64,000 bases of DNA from Heteronotia binoei (taxonomy: Eukaryota), in contig NC_083237.1 in assembly GCF_032191835.1 (NCBI RefSeq), positions 44,826,001 through 44,890,000 of the forward strand, in the 5' to 3' direction. This document shows positions 12,761-25,172 of the stretch, in pieces. Position 1 is the stretch's first letter. Every line of letters starts with the position of its first letter. Below the pieces are notes generated by a model. It was given only the letters and a program-made list of their open reading frames with translations. It was not told the origin of the DNA and ran no database searches. The position numbers were made by a program, and so were the translations under genes.

Positions 12761-15404
12761 CCTCCCATTGCATTGCCTCAGTCCCCACTGCCCTTTTAAA
12801 GACCCCAGGAGTCCAGGCTCAAAGTATACCCACTCCTTGAACAACTTTCCCACCCCAGCCCACAGAACCCAGACTCCAGCAACACCCCCTCCCCAATGCC
12901 TTTGAGAATCCAGTCTCAAAGCATTCCACTCCAACTCTTGATGCCCCTTCCCAGTCCCAGAATTCAGTTGTCTAGGCTCCAATGCCTTTCCTCCTCATTT
13001 GGGATCTACTACAGCCAGGTAAAGGGGGGGGGGTGCAAGTGGGGGCACGGTCAAGGAAAATACCACCTTCTATACACACACAGAGATATCTGCCTACAAG
13101 GAGGGTTAGATGGAAACCAGCTGGTGAGAGATGAACGGAAAGGCGGAAATATCTCTGGCTTGTTCGCTCCTTTCGTCCTGCCTGGTTTGGATTATGGCTG
13201 GTGATGAAAAGCAGGACGCCTGGGTTCCTTGGACAGCAGGGCAATACCAATGGCAGAAAATTTGGAGCAAGGATTGCCCATCTTCAAACCCTGGTAGATC
13301 TCACCCCTTTTTATTGAATCTCATAATGTGCTGGCTCTGGTAATCAATAATGACTGATATGAAGGTCTTCAAAGCATAGGAAATGGAATTGCCATTCTGA
13401 CAACTCAGGAGACTCCCAGACTGCTAGGAGGGTCCAGTGGTTTAAAAACTGGTTTAATAGAGTCTGAGCCATCTGTTGTCCAATGCCCAGCAATGAGTAT
13501 TCTGGGAAAGGTGTGGGGTCTAAGTGCAGATACTGCTTGGGGGTCTCAAAGGTAGGAGCAATACCTCAAAGAGGATGCACATAATTCTCCATCCCTGTTT
13601 TATTTTCACAGCAACCCCGTGAAATAAGCATGGTTAAGCAAGAGCAACTGGCCCAAAGTCATCCAGTAAGCTTCCTATCAGTAGTGGGGATTTAAATGCA
13701 GGTCTCCAAAATTGCATCCCAACACACCAGCCATTACACTACAGAGCAAGTCTCTTGGCAGGGACTACCAGAATGGGTAGGAATCAAGCGTATTAAGTGG
13801 GAGTCAGAGATTGCAAGTTTTAAAGAATTAAAGACTCTTGGATATCCGAGATTCAGCTGCAAACCACAAAATCAAAGTCACAGTCAATCCAGTTGAATCT
13901 TTTTAATAGTATTAAATTGTAATTATTTTTGACACTTCATAAAATGGCGTGTTACGACAGCGTGTTACGACAGCTGAGCCTGTAGGTGCTGGATCATAGT
14001 CAGAGAAGACGCATAATGGAATGTGGTCTCACATAAATCAATTGGTCCCATTTCCCCCATTTTTCTCTCTCTTTTTTTAAGCAAAAGGATTTGTACCTTT
14101 GGCATGCACACTAAGTATTTTGGCATGCACAATACATATACTGCCCCCCTTCATGCCTAATACAAAAGTAATAGTGCACAGCTGGAAAAAGATGCAGACG
14201 CTTCTTGGATACCCAAGGATGGTGGGATTATGCCCTCCACTTTCCATAAATTGCACCAGGATAGGCACTGAAATGCCAAGACTTTTGGATCTAGTTCTAG
14301 TGGCTTCAACTGCAATCCTAAAGAAATTTACTAGGGATTAAGTCCTACTGAACTCAATGGTATTCACTTTTGACAGCACAAGCTCAAGAGTGTCTGCACT
14401 GTTACTCTACAGAGCGAGAGAGGGGGCAGATTATTTCAGTTCTACAATTTAATCCTAATTGTGTGTACTAAAAAATAAATCCCACTGAATTCCGTGAGAT
14501 TTGCTCTTTAGCAAGGGTGTTTAGGATTACTGCCCTAGTTTAGATTAGAGCAAGGGAGAAGAATACCTGGATTCTCTCTTGTACGTACCCAAACTCCTAG
14601 GTTCCCTGGAAAAGGTCAGCTCCTATTTTAGCCAGAGATTCTTGAGTTCTGGGATCCCAATATTGAGCCTTTTGTCACAGGGTAGTCTTCAGTTCTGAAT
14701 TACTGTGCCTCCCCGCCCCCTCCCTTTCATTCTCCCCTTTCTGTTTCTTGGGGCAGCAATAACACTGAGGCATCTGCTTTGACTTCAGGGTAAATTCAAA
14801 GCAATTTGATTGACACAGCAAGGCATTCAAGTGTTGCTAAAGCAGATGGAGAAGCCAGATCCCTCCCTTTACAGCATGAGTGAGGAATGGGGGCAGGTGT
14901 TACTGCAATGTGGAGATCCCAGATCCTGTGGATTGTGGCTAGACTACAGGATTCTCTGGTGGAAGGTTTTGAGCAGCAGCAGCCAAGGTTTGCTGTGCAG
15001 TCAGTATTTCTGAATTATGGGAGAAGAGAGGTCTCCTGGGTTCAAGCAGAGGTAGAAAGCTTACGGCAAAGAAAGCCTGCTTCACTGATATTATAATTAG
15101 GTGCTGAACTCTGAAGCGCCAATTGTCCTTGGCACAGAATTTGGCATCCTCAGAACCTTGGTTTTAATTCTATAAACAAAAGTGAATTTCTAGCTCTCAT
15201 GAAAACAAGACTTGAAACTGAAAGAGGCAGTGGTTCTTTGAATACCTTTCCCCCCCTTCATATGAAATATTATTTACTGGCTCCATAAACCTAGTCTGCC
15301 TCACTCTCATATCCTCTCCTGTCCCCCATTCAATGTACTTGGAAACTATTGATCCTATGAAGCAGACTCAACTATCATGGTTTTTTTTTGGGGGGGGGGG
15401 TGTA

Positions 15405-15650
15405 TTTGCATGTATGTGTGCATGTGTGTGCGCATTTGAAAGTCATAGTGACTTCTGGTGATTGACCCCTACTGGGGGCCTGGAGGATATTCAGAGGCTG
15501 AATAAAGCCTGCCCCTGCCCTCCCGGCTCTGGTATTCCAAGGAGGTCTCCCATCTAAGTACTTGCCAGAGTCAACCCTGCTTAGCTTCCAAGATCTGACG
15601 AGATTGGGCTTGCCTGGGCTATCCAGGTCAGGGCGCAGACACAGCTCTTG
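15405..15650 (-). mobile_element. 5S-derived SINE
   Basis: aggtctcccatctaagtacttgcc...ccctgcttagcttccaagatctgacgagatt is the rc of a 5S-like head. Confidence 0.65.
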
Positions 15651-17465
15651 TTGACTCTTGAAAGCAATGATGGAACTATTGTACTATTATGTGCTAACAG
15701 TGTCCTCCCTGCCAAGAAGCTCAGGATAGTATAATGCAGGGTTTTTTCTCCCTTGAAATCCACATTTTGAGCCCTACAACAACCCTGCGAGGTAAGTCAG
15801 ACAGAGAGGACAAACTCTTCCAGTGAGATTGAGTCGGAATTTGATCCTGTGGTCTGCTGGTCCTAGTCCAAGCTTCTGACCTCTAGGCAACACTGGCCTT
15901 TGTGAGAAAGGAACCAGAGCTGACTGTACAGCAGCAGCGTGGGGTTCCTTTCATGCAGCCGAAGGGCTTTTGTTTGTTTTGTCAACATTGGAGACAGAAT
16001 TTGCACAGCCCAGGTGTTGCTGTCGGTGGGGAGCCAGATCCGTCCCTGACAGGACCCATCAGAGGAGAGGAAGAACTGCAGGCCAGAACTGTGGGCATCT
16101 TCCACAAAAGGCGCCACAGTTTCCTGCCTCCCTGCTCGGCGTCATGGCTGGGTGGCGGCAGGTCAGAGCCTGCCCGGTGCTAAGCTACGCATACCTCCTC
16201 GGAGCAGGGGCTGGTTCCCTTGTGCATTCTGAATGCCTGCGAGCTCCACACAGCGGCACCCACAACCCCCACTCTCTCACCTGGGAGGGAAGCAAGGTCA
16301 TGGACGCTGGGCATTGTGGGAAAAAGTTGGCTTATGCAAATAGCCTAAGGGTCAGGCTTAACTCTCTTAGAATTGTTTGCTTAGCCACTAGGCACCACTC
16401 CCCTCCCAGAGAACCCAGGCGTCCAGGCCTCGCCCTGTTCTAAGCCACAGAACACAAGATCCTAGGGTCCTTTCCCTTATGGACACACACAACAACACAG
16501 TACACTCTTCCCATGGAGAACCCAGAGACCTAGTTCCTTGCTTTTCTGTTTTTTTGCTCTTGGAGACCCATAGACTCTTCCTTTTTTCCAGCAAGCTACC
16601 TGCTTGATTGGAGAAGTGAAGATGGCCCCCTCTACTGCCAGTCCATTGCACCTCAGACTTTTCTTGTCCCCTCCCCCTTTTATTCTGCCCATTAGGCAAC
16701 ACTATTCTCCTGAAGGCCCAAATCTGGAAGGAGAGGCGATCTCAATGCAAAAAAAATCCTCCCCAGCCTGATTCCGTGCCCCCTTCCTCCGCAGTCTCAC
16801 CCAGCTCTTCATGGGGAGGGAGATACTTATTTTCCCTGTCTTTCCCCCATCCTATTTCCCCTTCCCCATTTTTTTTTAAAAAGACTGCAGAGTTTTGGTG
16901 TAGTGAAATAGGTAGAGGATGGGTTTTAGCTCCACCTAGATTGTCTGGGGAGATGGAAGTAAGGAAAGGGGGATTTTGGAGCAACAACGTCAGTGTCAGT
17001 TTCAAAGACGAGAGGATTAGCCGCCCTTCCAACCCCATCCCCCATGTGGCAGTCCTCCCCAGATGCTGCTACATCTGGATCCCATTCCCTTGGCTCCAGT
17101 CAGCAGCTGCAGGATCTGCAGGCATCACCTGATGTTTCCCAGCTGCCCCTGGGGTAAAACGAGGAATTACTGAGCAAAGAGGTGTTCCCTAAATCTCTTT
17201 GGAAAAGTGTCTGCATGTGTATAAAGGTAGGGATTACCTGCAGTTCTAGGGAGTGCATCAAACGCTACTCCTTCAAGCGTTTTCAGTCTCACTGGGCTGC
17301 AATTTCCAGAGAAGGATGAAGTTTTAGATCCCCTTCCAGATCCCTGCCATGTGAGAAATATTATGAGAGCAATACAGGAGATTCAGTTATCCACACCTTC
17401 TGCCAGCCTGTCCAGAAGTTAAAGGGGCAGCTTTAAGAAAAGGAAGATCTACAGACAAGAGATAG

Positions 17466-17670
17466 CCGGTGTAGTGGTTAGGATGGCAGACTGGGTTCTG
17501 GAAGACCCAGGTTCAAATCCCCACTCCACAATGCAAGATTGCCAGGTGACCTTGGGCCTGCTCTCTCTCTGGGCCTAATCTCTCACAGGGTTGGTAAGAG
17601 GATACAATGGAGGAGAGAAGAATAATATACATCACCCCAGGCTCACTGAAGGAAGAGTGGGTTTTGAAAA
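17466..17670 (+). mobile_element. Squam3/MIR-like SINE, short form
   Basis: gtgtagtggttaggatggcagactgg...ccaggttcaaatccccact...gtgaccttgggc. Confidence 0.6.
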
Positions 17671-18364
17671 TGTACTAAATAGATACGTAAGAGAAGTGCC
17701 CTGACTTGGATAGTCTAGGCCAGCCTGATCTCGTCAGATTTTGGAAGTAAGTCATCTGTGACTTTGACAGCAAAGAAAGAGAGAGAGAGATGGCCAAAGA
17801 GTTCTAGCGGATTTCTTAACTGATAGTTTCAAATATTAAACATATCACTTCTCTGAGTTGATTCTTCCTCTTCCTCAGATATTCACAAAAACTCTTCTCC
17901 CTTTTATGGCATTCCCATGTTGTCTTGGTATGCTGTCATGCTCAAGGGTTTGATTGAGGAACGCGTACTAGAGCAGTCTTCCTCATAGGGTGGATCTACA
18001 CAACCCAGGTTCTGGGCTTTCACCGAGATCTTATTTTGGGATCTGTGATGAGGGCCATTGGCTTAGTTCTGTTTCATTTTATTTATTCATACCCCACTTT
18101 TCTTCCCAGTAGGCACCAAAAGCAGCTTACACCTTCTACCCATCTCCATTTTGTCTTAACAACCACACCGTGAGGCTAGTTAGACTGAGAAAGTAACTGG
18201 CCCAAGGTCACCCCCACTAGCTTCAATGACAGATTGAGGATTTGAACCTGTAGCTTTTTCTTAGGGATGCCAATTTCCAGGTGGGACCTGGGGATCCCAT
18301 GGAATTACAGTTCATCTCCAGACTACTGAGATCAGTTCCTCTGACAAAAATGGATGCTCTGGAG

Positions 18365-18858
18365 CAGTGGCTCCCAACCTTTTTGGCACCAGGGACTGGT
18401 TTCATAGAAGACAATTTTTCCATAGGCCGGGGGGGGGGGGGGGGGCAGCGCTGTTTTTTTGCCACCCCAGGCTGCCCCACCCTACCTGCTTCCCATCCCT
18501 ACCCCCATGGGGGTATTTAAATTGGGCGAAGACTGAGGCTGTTTCTGCTGCCTCCCCACTAGGTGGCAGAAGGCCAATCTGCCTCCCCTTCCCATTTAAA
18601 GACCCCCACCGGTCAGCTGACTGGGTGCTGGGTTGGCGGAAGGGGCAGTGGGGTTGCTCTGGCCCGCTCTGAGACTGGCTTCTTGCCTTGGAGTAAGGCC
18701 GCACTGCCTCTTTTGTCCACCAGGGTCCTGGGTGGGCAGGGGAGGTGTGGAGCCTCTGCCTTGCTTCATGGCCCGATTGTTAGGAAGCCAGTGGATTGTT
18801 GGTGAGGCTGGTTAGGAAGCCAGTGGCTGGTCTGCGGCCCGGTGGCTGGGGACCCTTG
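18365..18858. mobile_element. hAT (Charlie-like) element nested in a TAGGGTTGCC-family MITE (about 18262-18965)
   Basis: Ends CAGTGGCTCCCAACC / GGCTGGGGACCCTTG; perfect 8-bp TSD ctctggag (18357-18364, 18859-18866). Confidence 0.85.
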
Positions 18859-20574
18859 CTCTGGAGGATGGACTCTATAGTGCTGTACCACACTGAGGTC
18901 TCTGTCCTCCCCCGGCTTCATCCCTAAATTTCCAGCAGTTTCCCAACCTGGATCTGGCAACCCTACAGCTCCCCACCTCCCACCGGTGGCCCAGAGGGAC
19001 CCGGCAACCCTATGTCTTCAAGATAGTGGAATTTACTTGTGGATCACATTGGTATTTGCACCAGCAAGTTTTTTTAAATAGTTTTTATGGAGTGGGGTTT
19101 GGGAAGTCAGTGGCTCTCAAGTGATTGGTATCCAAACAGAAACAGGGGGTCCTGCTTTCTACTATTTACATGTTCCAGAGAAAATAAATTAGATCTCTGA
19201 GTGAGCCCTAGGATGCCAGTATAATTTTGTGTTCACATCTGTGGTTCATACTGGACTGCATTACATCTGTATAGGTTTGACTGTGATTCATGTCTGTCCC
19301 GGAAAGAGATGTTGTACTGCCAGTATTGGGTTATGGTTAGACTGTTGGGCTTAGGAGTGGGAGCAAGGACCACAGAACCAACTGTTGTCTCTCACTAGAA
19401 GTTTTATGTCTGGAGCTCCCACTACTTTGAAGCATCAAACAGAGTGAACGGCAGCAATCAAGGGCTCTTGGGTTCAGTCCACTGAGAGTTTTGATTTCAT
19501 TTTCCTTCTCCAGATCCCATGACTGACATCAAGCCCTGCACTCAGCTCTACATACCCTGACAGCTTTCCATTTCCTACAGTGCAATCCTTGGTCAACAGT
19601 GGGAAACGTGCCATCTGAGAAAGGATCTGTTCTCCTCGCTCATACCAGGGAGAAATGAGAATGCGGCTTGATGTTTGCAGAGACTCTCATGAGTCCAACT
19701 ATTCAGGCACATGAACCGCAAGCAGGTACCAGTGCCTGGTAGAAACTGGGCAGCAGACAGAAAGCACCAAGAAGACTCCACTCTTCCTAGTCTGGCTTGC
19801 ATCAGGAAGCATCCAAGCAAGCCTCTAGGCTGCAGGGTCATGAGTGAAGGCCAGGATCTGCTTAGCTGTGGCCAAAGGAAACACTAAAACCACAGGTAAC
19901 CTCCCACTTCCGATATCTGAAGGGCTAACAGTTTCACTGGGGCATAAGTTTTCATGGCCTAGAACCCACTTTGTCAGATGCATGAATTAGAAACCTCACC
20001 CAGCAGAAATATATTTAAAACTGATGCAAAAACCTGAACTCATCACCTAGTACTTGATCCCTTGGAGATGCTGGGGAATGAACCTGGGACCTTGGGCATG
20101 CCAAGCCCCCTCCTCAAATTTTGAAGAGTAGGTTAACAGGCAATGGAAAAGCAACAGGTATTTTTGTATTACTCTTTGATACTCAGAAGTGTATGGAATA
20201 AACACAGTGACCATTCTTAACTGCTGAAATTGTTGGGAACACAAATTACTTAGTTATAATGAGCAATTGACACCTGCAGAGGCTGAGAGGCATCTGTCCT
20301 GCTAACTAGGTTAATACAATGAAGTAATTGATACACTCTTATTCAGCAGTCTCTAGTTGGACCCTCTCTCTCAAACAGAATTGTGACTTTCAGGTTAGCA
20401 ACACAAATAATGAACTTGTGCAACTCTATTCTGCAGGATGTAGTCATGGCCATTACCTTAGGTGGCTTTAGAAGTGGACAAGTGGGCAACTCACAAGGGC
20501 TTGGACGGCATCTCATTTCCCCATCCCCCACCGTTTCCACTTTCTCTTCCCTGAAAGTCCGCATGGACTTTCTC

Positions 20575-20690
20575 CCCATGGCAGTCTTTAAGAAATTACT
20601 GGACAAACGCTTGTCAGGGATGCTCGAGGCTGATCCTGCATTGAGCAGAGGGTTGGACTAGATGGCCCCTTCCAACTCTGTGATTCTGTT
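20575..20690 (+). mobile_element. CR1 LINE 3' end
   Basis: ctggacaaacgcttgtcagggatgct...gggttggactagatggcc...ttccaactctgtgattctg. Confidence 0.8.
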
Positions 20691-20799
20691 ATTCATTTCC
20701 CACTTTCTTTTCTCCTTCTCACACACCAACCAACCTACCTTTATCTGCCCCTCAGTCTTCAGCTTCCCCTCCCCCCCAGCAGTCTCTACGTGACAAACA

Positions 20800-20990
20800 C
20801 ACATGAACACAAAGTTGCCTTATACTAAATCAGACCAGCAGTCCATCAACTTCAGTATTGCCTACTCAGACTGGCAACAGTTATCCAGGGTCACACAAGC
20901 TAGTACCTGGTCCTTTTATCTGGAGATGCTAGGGACTGAACCTGGGACCTTCTGCATCCTAAGCAAAGCCTCTACAACTGAGCCACAGCC
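20800..20990 (-). mobile_element. Squam2-like SINE
   Basis: ttgccttatactaaatcagacc...gaacctgggaccttctgc...ctctacaactgagccac. Confidence 0.7.
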
Positions 20991-22362
20991 TCTCTTCCTA
21001 AACTATAAACAAATTTTGACCCAGTTGCACAGTGTTCCACAGTGGGGAACCTGCAAAGATTTGCAGGGGGCACCTTATTTCCCCCTGTATCCCCTTCCCA
21101 CACTATTTTCTCTCCTTCCTGCTGGTAACCTCCAAATCCTAGCTTTCCCTAATTTCTTCTTTTCTTTCCACGTACCAACCAACCTATCTTTTAAATCCGC
21201 ACCCCCCCCCCCAAAAAATTTCATTTACACTCTGACTTCATCCACAGTCAAAGCAGCTTATAACATTCTCCTTTCCTCCATTTTATCTTCACAACAACCC
21301 TGTAAAGTAAGTTAGGCTGATAGTACGTAACTGGCCCCAAATCACTCGGCAAGTTTCTATGGTAGGGTGGGGATTCAAACTTGGGTCTCCCACAACCTAG
21401 TTTGAAACTCTACCACACTAGTTTTCATGAGGTGGTTGCTACTAAACAGTAGCAAGTGGATAGGACTGGGTAAGTGATGGAGCTTGTGTGGTATAAAGTC
21501 ACCCAGTGATTGCTGCTGGGACTGGCCCTGTTAAGTCTTCCATCAAAACCCAAAACTGCCATAGAAAGGGCCCTGTCTCCTCTCCCTGCCCTTTTCTGAT
21601 AGAAACCAAACCTGGAAGGCCAGCAATGCTATTGTGGTTACCTAGCAACTGCCACAGAGGACATCTGTTTCTTAAAGCTGCATGTGCTCCATATATAATT
21701 TTTATCTGCCCCAGGTTTTGTTAAAAGATTTCAGATCTTTCTGCAAACCTGGGCTTTCCTCAAGTTCAGAAAAATATCTGGCTCATCTGTCCATTATTCC
21801 AATCACCTACTTTATGTATCCACAGACTTGGCCACTGTTGAGAATTAGATATATTGATTAGACACATTCATGGGGGAAAGGCCTACCAATATGAGCTCTG
21901 TGGCCTGATCCAGCAGGGCTCTTTGCACATTGGTTCTGCTTTGCAGGGCTGAGCAGATTTCAGGCTTGTATGATCTACTTTTTTGAAGAACAGTTTTCCA
22001 GGGTCCACCAACCACAGCTGCTCATAAAACAGCTGCTCAGGGGCAGAAACTGGTGAGTCAAGAGGTGGAACACACAGAGAACACTCACTTCCTCAAGGTG
22101 CATAACTACTGCTTGTGCATACAAGTTCCTTACTGCCATGAAGTATCATCAACACATGATAATGGGTCATTGTGGGTCATCCTAAAGCAATGCAAACTTA
22201 CAACGTTATCACAAGCATAAACCAGCTAAGAGTGCCTGCAGTGCAGATTAATTCAAGCAGATGAACTGCAGACATCAAATATGGATATATAAACATACAT
22301 ATACATGTAGCATATCATTAAGGAGCATAAGCAAGAGGAGACTGTCTAGATGGCATATACTC

Positions 22363-23126
22363 CATACCATACCATACCATACCAAACCTTTAATGGCATA
22401 ATAGATTCAGATAAAAATACACAGAATATAAAAATTTAAACATTGGAGATAAAATCAAAATAAAACCGAGCTTACAGATACATTCAAACATGGTCAGAAT
22501 TAAATTTAAGGATGTCAGCCAGAAATTTTGCCACAGCCTCACTAACCACCCCCTCAGTATCACTCAATAAATAATAACAGGGTGGCAGAATAGACAAATC
22601 TGGAGAAAAAGAAAGCTTGCCAAATAAATCTTTACGGAGGTTATGGTAAAAAGAACAATCAAGCAATATATGCTGGATTGAGTCAGGGGTATTCGCTCCA
22701 CAGGAGCAAAGTCTGTCGGCTAAAGGGACTCGCTGATATCTCCCTTGTAAAACTTTGGAGGGAAACGCGTTTAGTCTGGCCAACATAAATGCCCTGCGAT
22801 GACTTGGAGTGGTTAGGTCTGATAGATAATTGGGCATTTTGCCACAAAAAGCATAAAGACCTAAGGAAGCTGGAGAGCAAGTATAAGGGAGAGTTGGCCG
22901 TAATTTCGTTTCCTCCAATTCCCACAGTCTCAGTTTAATACATCTGAAGATATATGACTCTTCAGAGGTAGAAAAATCATCTACCTCTAACCCCAATTGA
23001 TTGAGTTTAGACAGAAGCACTGCTGTCCAGGACGAAATATATGGGTCTCTTTTCATACAATCAAGAAGGCTGTTGGGATCTGTTCTAAAATGAATTTTGA
23101 GCCAGAATTTAAACACTCATTTTTTT
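22363..23126 (-). mobile_element. 5'-truncated non-LTR retrotransposon (RTE-X-like), ORF2 C-terminus
   Basis: Uninterrupted 210-codon ORF (22484-23116) with motif GRY..VP..DRLCSC....DSIQHILLDCSFY..LR; attaaa then (TATGG)4 tail; possible 7-bp TSD tatactc (22356-22362, 23127-23133). Clade assignment is from recalled motif only. Confidence 0.75.
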
Positions 23127-24475
23127 TATACTCATTTTAAAGAGGGAGAAGAAGAGGAACACTGACATTGAGAGTAATGTCAAGAACCATCAGTGAATCC
23201 ATGGCAGCATAGCAGATAACTCAAGGAAACAAGCCCAGCCACAAATAAGTCATACATACTTCATTATATAATCAAAGAATTTAACCTCTGGAAAACATTT
23301 TAGATAACATTACCTATTTTACAAACATGACATATCGAGGGTTAGCAAGATGTGACAAGACCAATTGGTGATTAAGACCTCTCTCTTTTAAGCTTTTTAA
23401 CAACTGCTTTGAAAATCAGGAAGGGTCATGGGGGAATTAACCCTTTCCTCCTATGCCTCTTCAACAATTTAAATCACCCTTTTGAAACTACTATTAGTTC
23501 TTAAAAGAGGGGAGTAGACAGGGACCTGACCCTTTCCCAATAGCAGCTGGTATTCATTGGGACTGAGAGCAATGGGGTCAACGGTAGACAGAGCCAATAA
23601 TTCTGGTTTTGTCCCCAGCCTCCTCCCTAGCAGTGAAACTGAAAATGACAATGGCAAAAACTTAATTGCAAGTGCCAACATAAAGCTATTTCTTGAAATA
23701 ACAAGGAACTCCCAATGCAAGAAAGAGATGCTTCCACAATTCCCCCTTTTCTAACTCCCTACTCAATACACTAATCAGATGAATAAGCTTTATGAGAGCT
23801 GCAGTTTTCCGTATGATCCACTAGTTCACAGCCTCATTTTTCACACTGCAAAGAGGTTTTTGGCCACAGGTAGAAATCAAAGGCCACCAAGAAAGGATCA
23901 ACTCCATGCAACCAGCCCAAACTAGACAAAGGTGTGGGTTTCCAGGGAAAAAACCACAATATATTCAGGAGCTCTAGCCCCTTTGTCTTCAGGAATTAAG
24001 CATTTTCCAGAAGTTTGTCTAACAAAATGGTGTAATGCTATCTACGGTTGCCAACCTCCAGGTGGTGGCTGGAGTATACCTGGGATTACAGAGATCAGTT
24101 CACCTGGAGAAAATGCCTTCCACTGAAGTCCCTCCCTTCTCCAAACCGTGCCTCCTCAGGCTGCACCCCTAAAATCTCCAGGTATTTTTCATCACAGAGT
24201 TGGCAACCCTATTGATCAGAAGCCAGGCCTATTATGTTCAGCAGGATTCAATCTCAAGCAAATTTCAAAGGGTAGCCATGTAGGTCTACAGTAGAACACA
24301 TCACCACCTTGAGACCAACAAAATGTCAGGGTTTAAATTTTTGAGAGCTGCCTGAAGGTTTCTTGGAGTAACAAAATTTATGGTGGGGAGCTCCTTTACC
24401 CCTGTTTATAACATGAGTTGACTTCCAGGACCCTTCATTTTCTTCTTGAATTCCCCAGAGCCAGGGGAAAAAGTC

Positions 24476-25172
24476 AAAAAGGCAATATTGTTTTTTCTCC
24501 ACACGTACTAAGTTGGTACTGCAGCCAATGCTTCCTCTAAGCTGTGGGGTCTTGTGAGCAAAAATTCTACTTCATGAGCTACTGGCATTAAAGTTATGAA
24601 TTATGGCATAAAAATTAGTTTGCTCTGAGGCCATTTTTCATGAACTAAGACAAAAATGTGTGAGCCAGAGCCTAAAAAACTGGGCTAGTCACACTAGCTC
24701 AGCTTAGAGGGAACACTGATTACAGCAGAGTTTCACTATGAGGTACATACCTGTGAACTGAATCCTCTTGTGCAGGTTCTTCCCTCTGACTAGTAGACAA
24801 TGGCTGCCTTCCACATCTGAAAATCTAAAAAAGGCAATATTGGTTTTTCTCCACAAATACTAAGCGATAAGCTGGTATTGCAGCCAATGCTTCCTCTAAC
24901 CTGTGAGCAAAAATTCTACTTAATGAGCTACTGGCATAAAAGGTATAAGCTATGGCATAAATTAGTTTGTTCTGAGGACATTTCTCCTGTGCTAGGACAA
25001 AAATGTGTGAGCCAGAGGCTAAAAAACTGTGAGCTAGCTCACATTAACTCAGCTTAGAGGGAACACTGATTACAGCAAAGTTTCACTATGAGGTACATAC
25101 CTGTGAACTGAATCCTCTTGTGCTGGCTTTTCCCTCTTACTAGCAGAAAATAGCCACCTTCCACATCTGAAA
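24476..25172. repeat. Tandem duplication, 2 x ~350 bp, each unit holding a CAGTGTTCCCTCTAA-TIR MITE plus unique flank
   Basis: Units start aaaaaggcaatattg at about 24476 and 24827; shared unique flank gtttcactatgaggtacatacctgtgaactgaatcctcttgtgc. Confidence 0.9.

Noticed and set aside
11666-12799. Long overlapping ORFs on both strands in the CpG island (323, 252, 189 aa)
   Set aside because: Low-complexity Arg/Ala/Gly/Pro translations with no recognisable domain; expected from stop-poor GC-rich DNA
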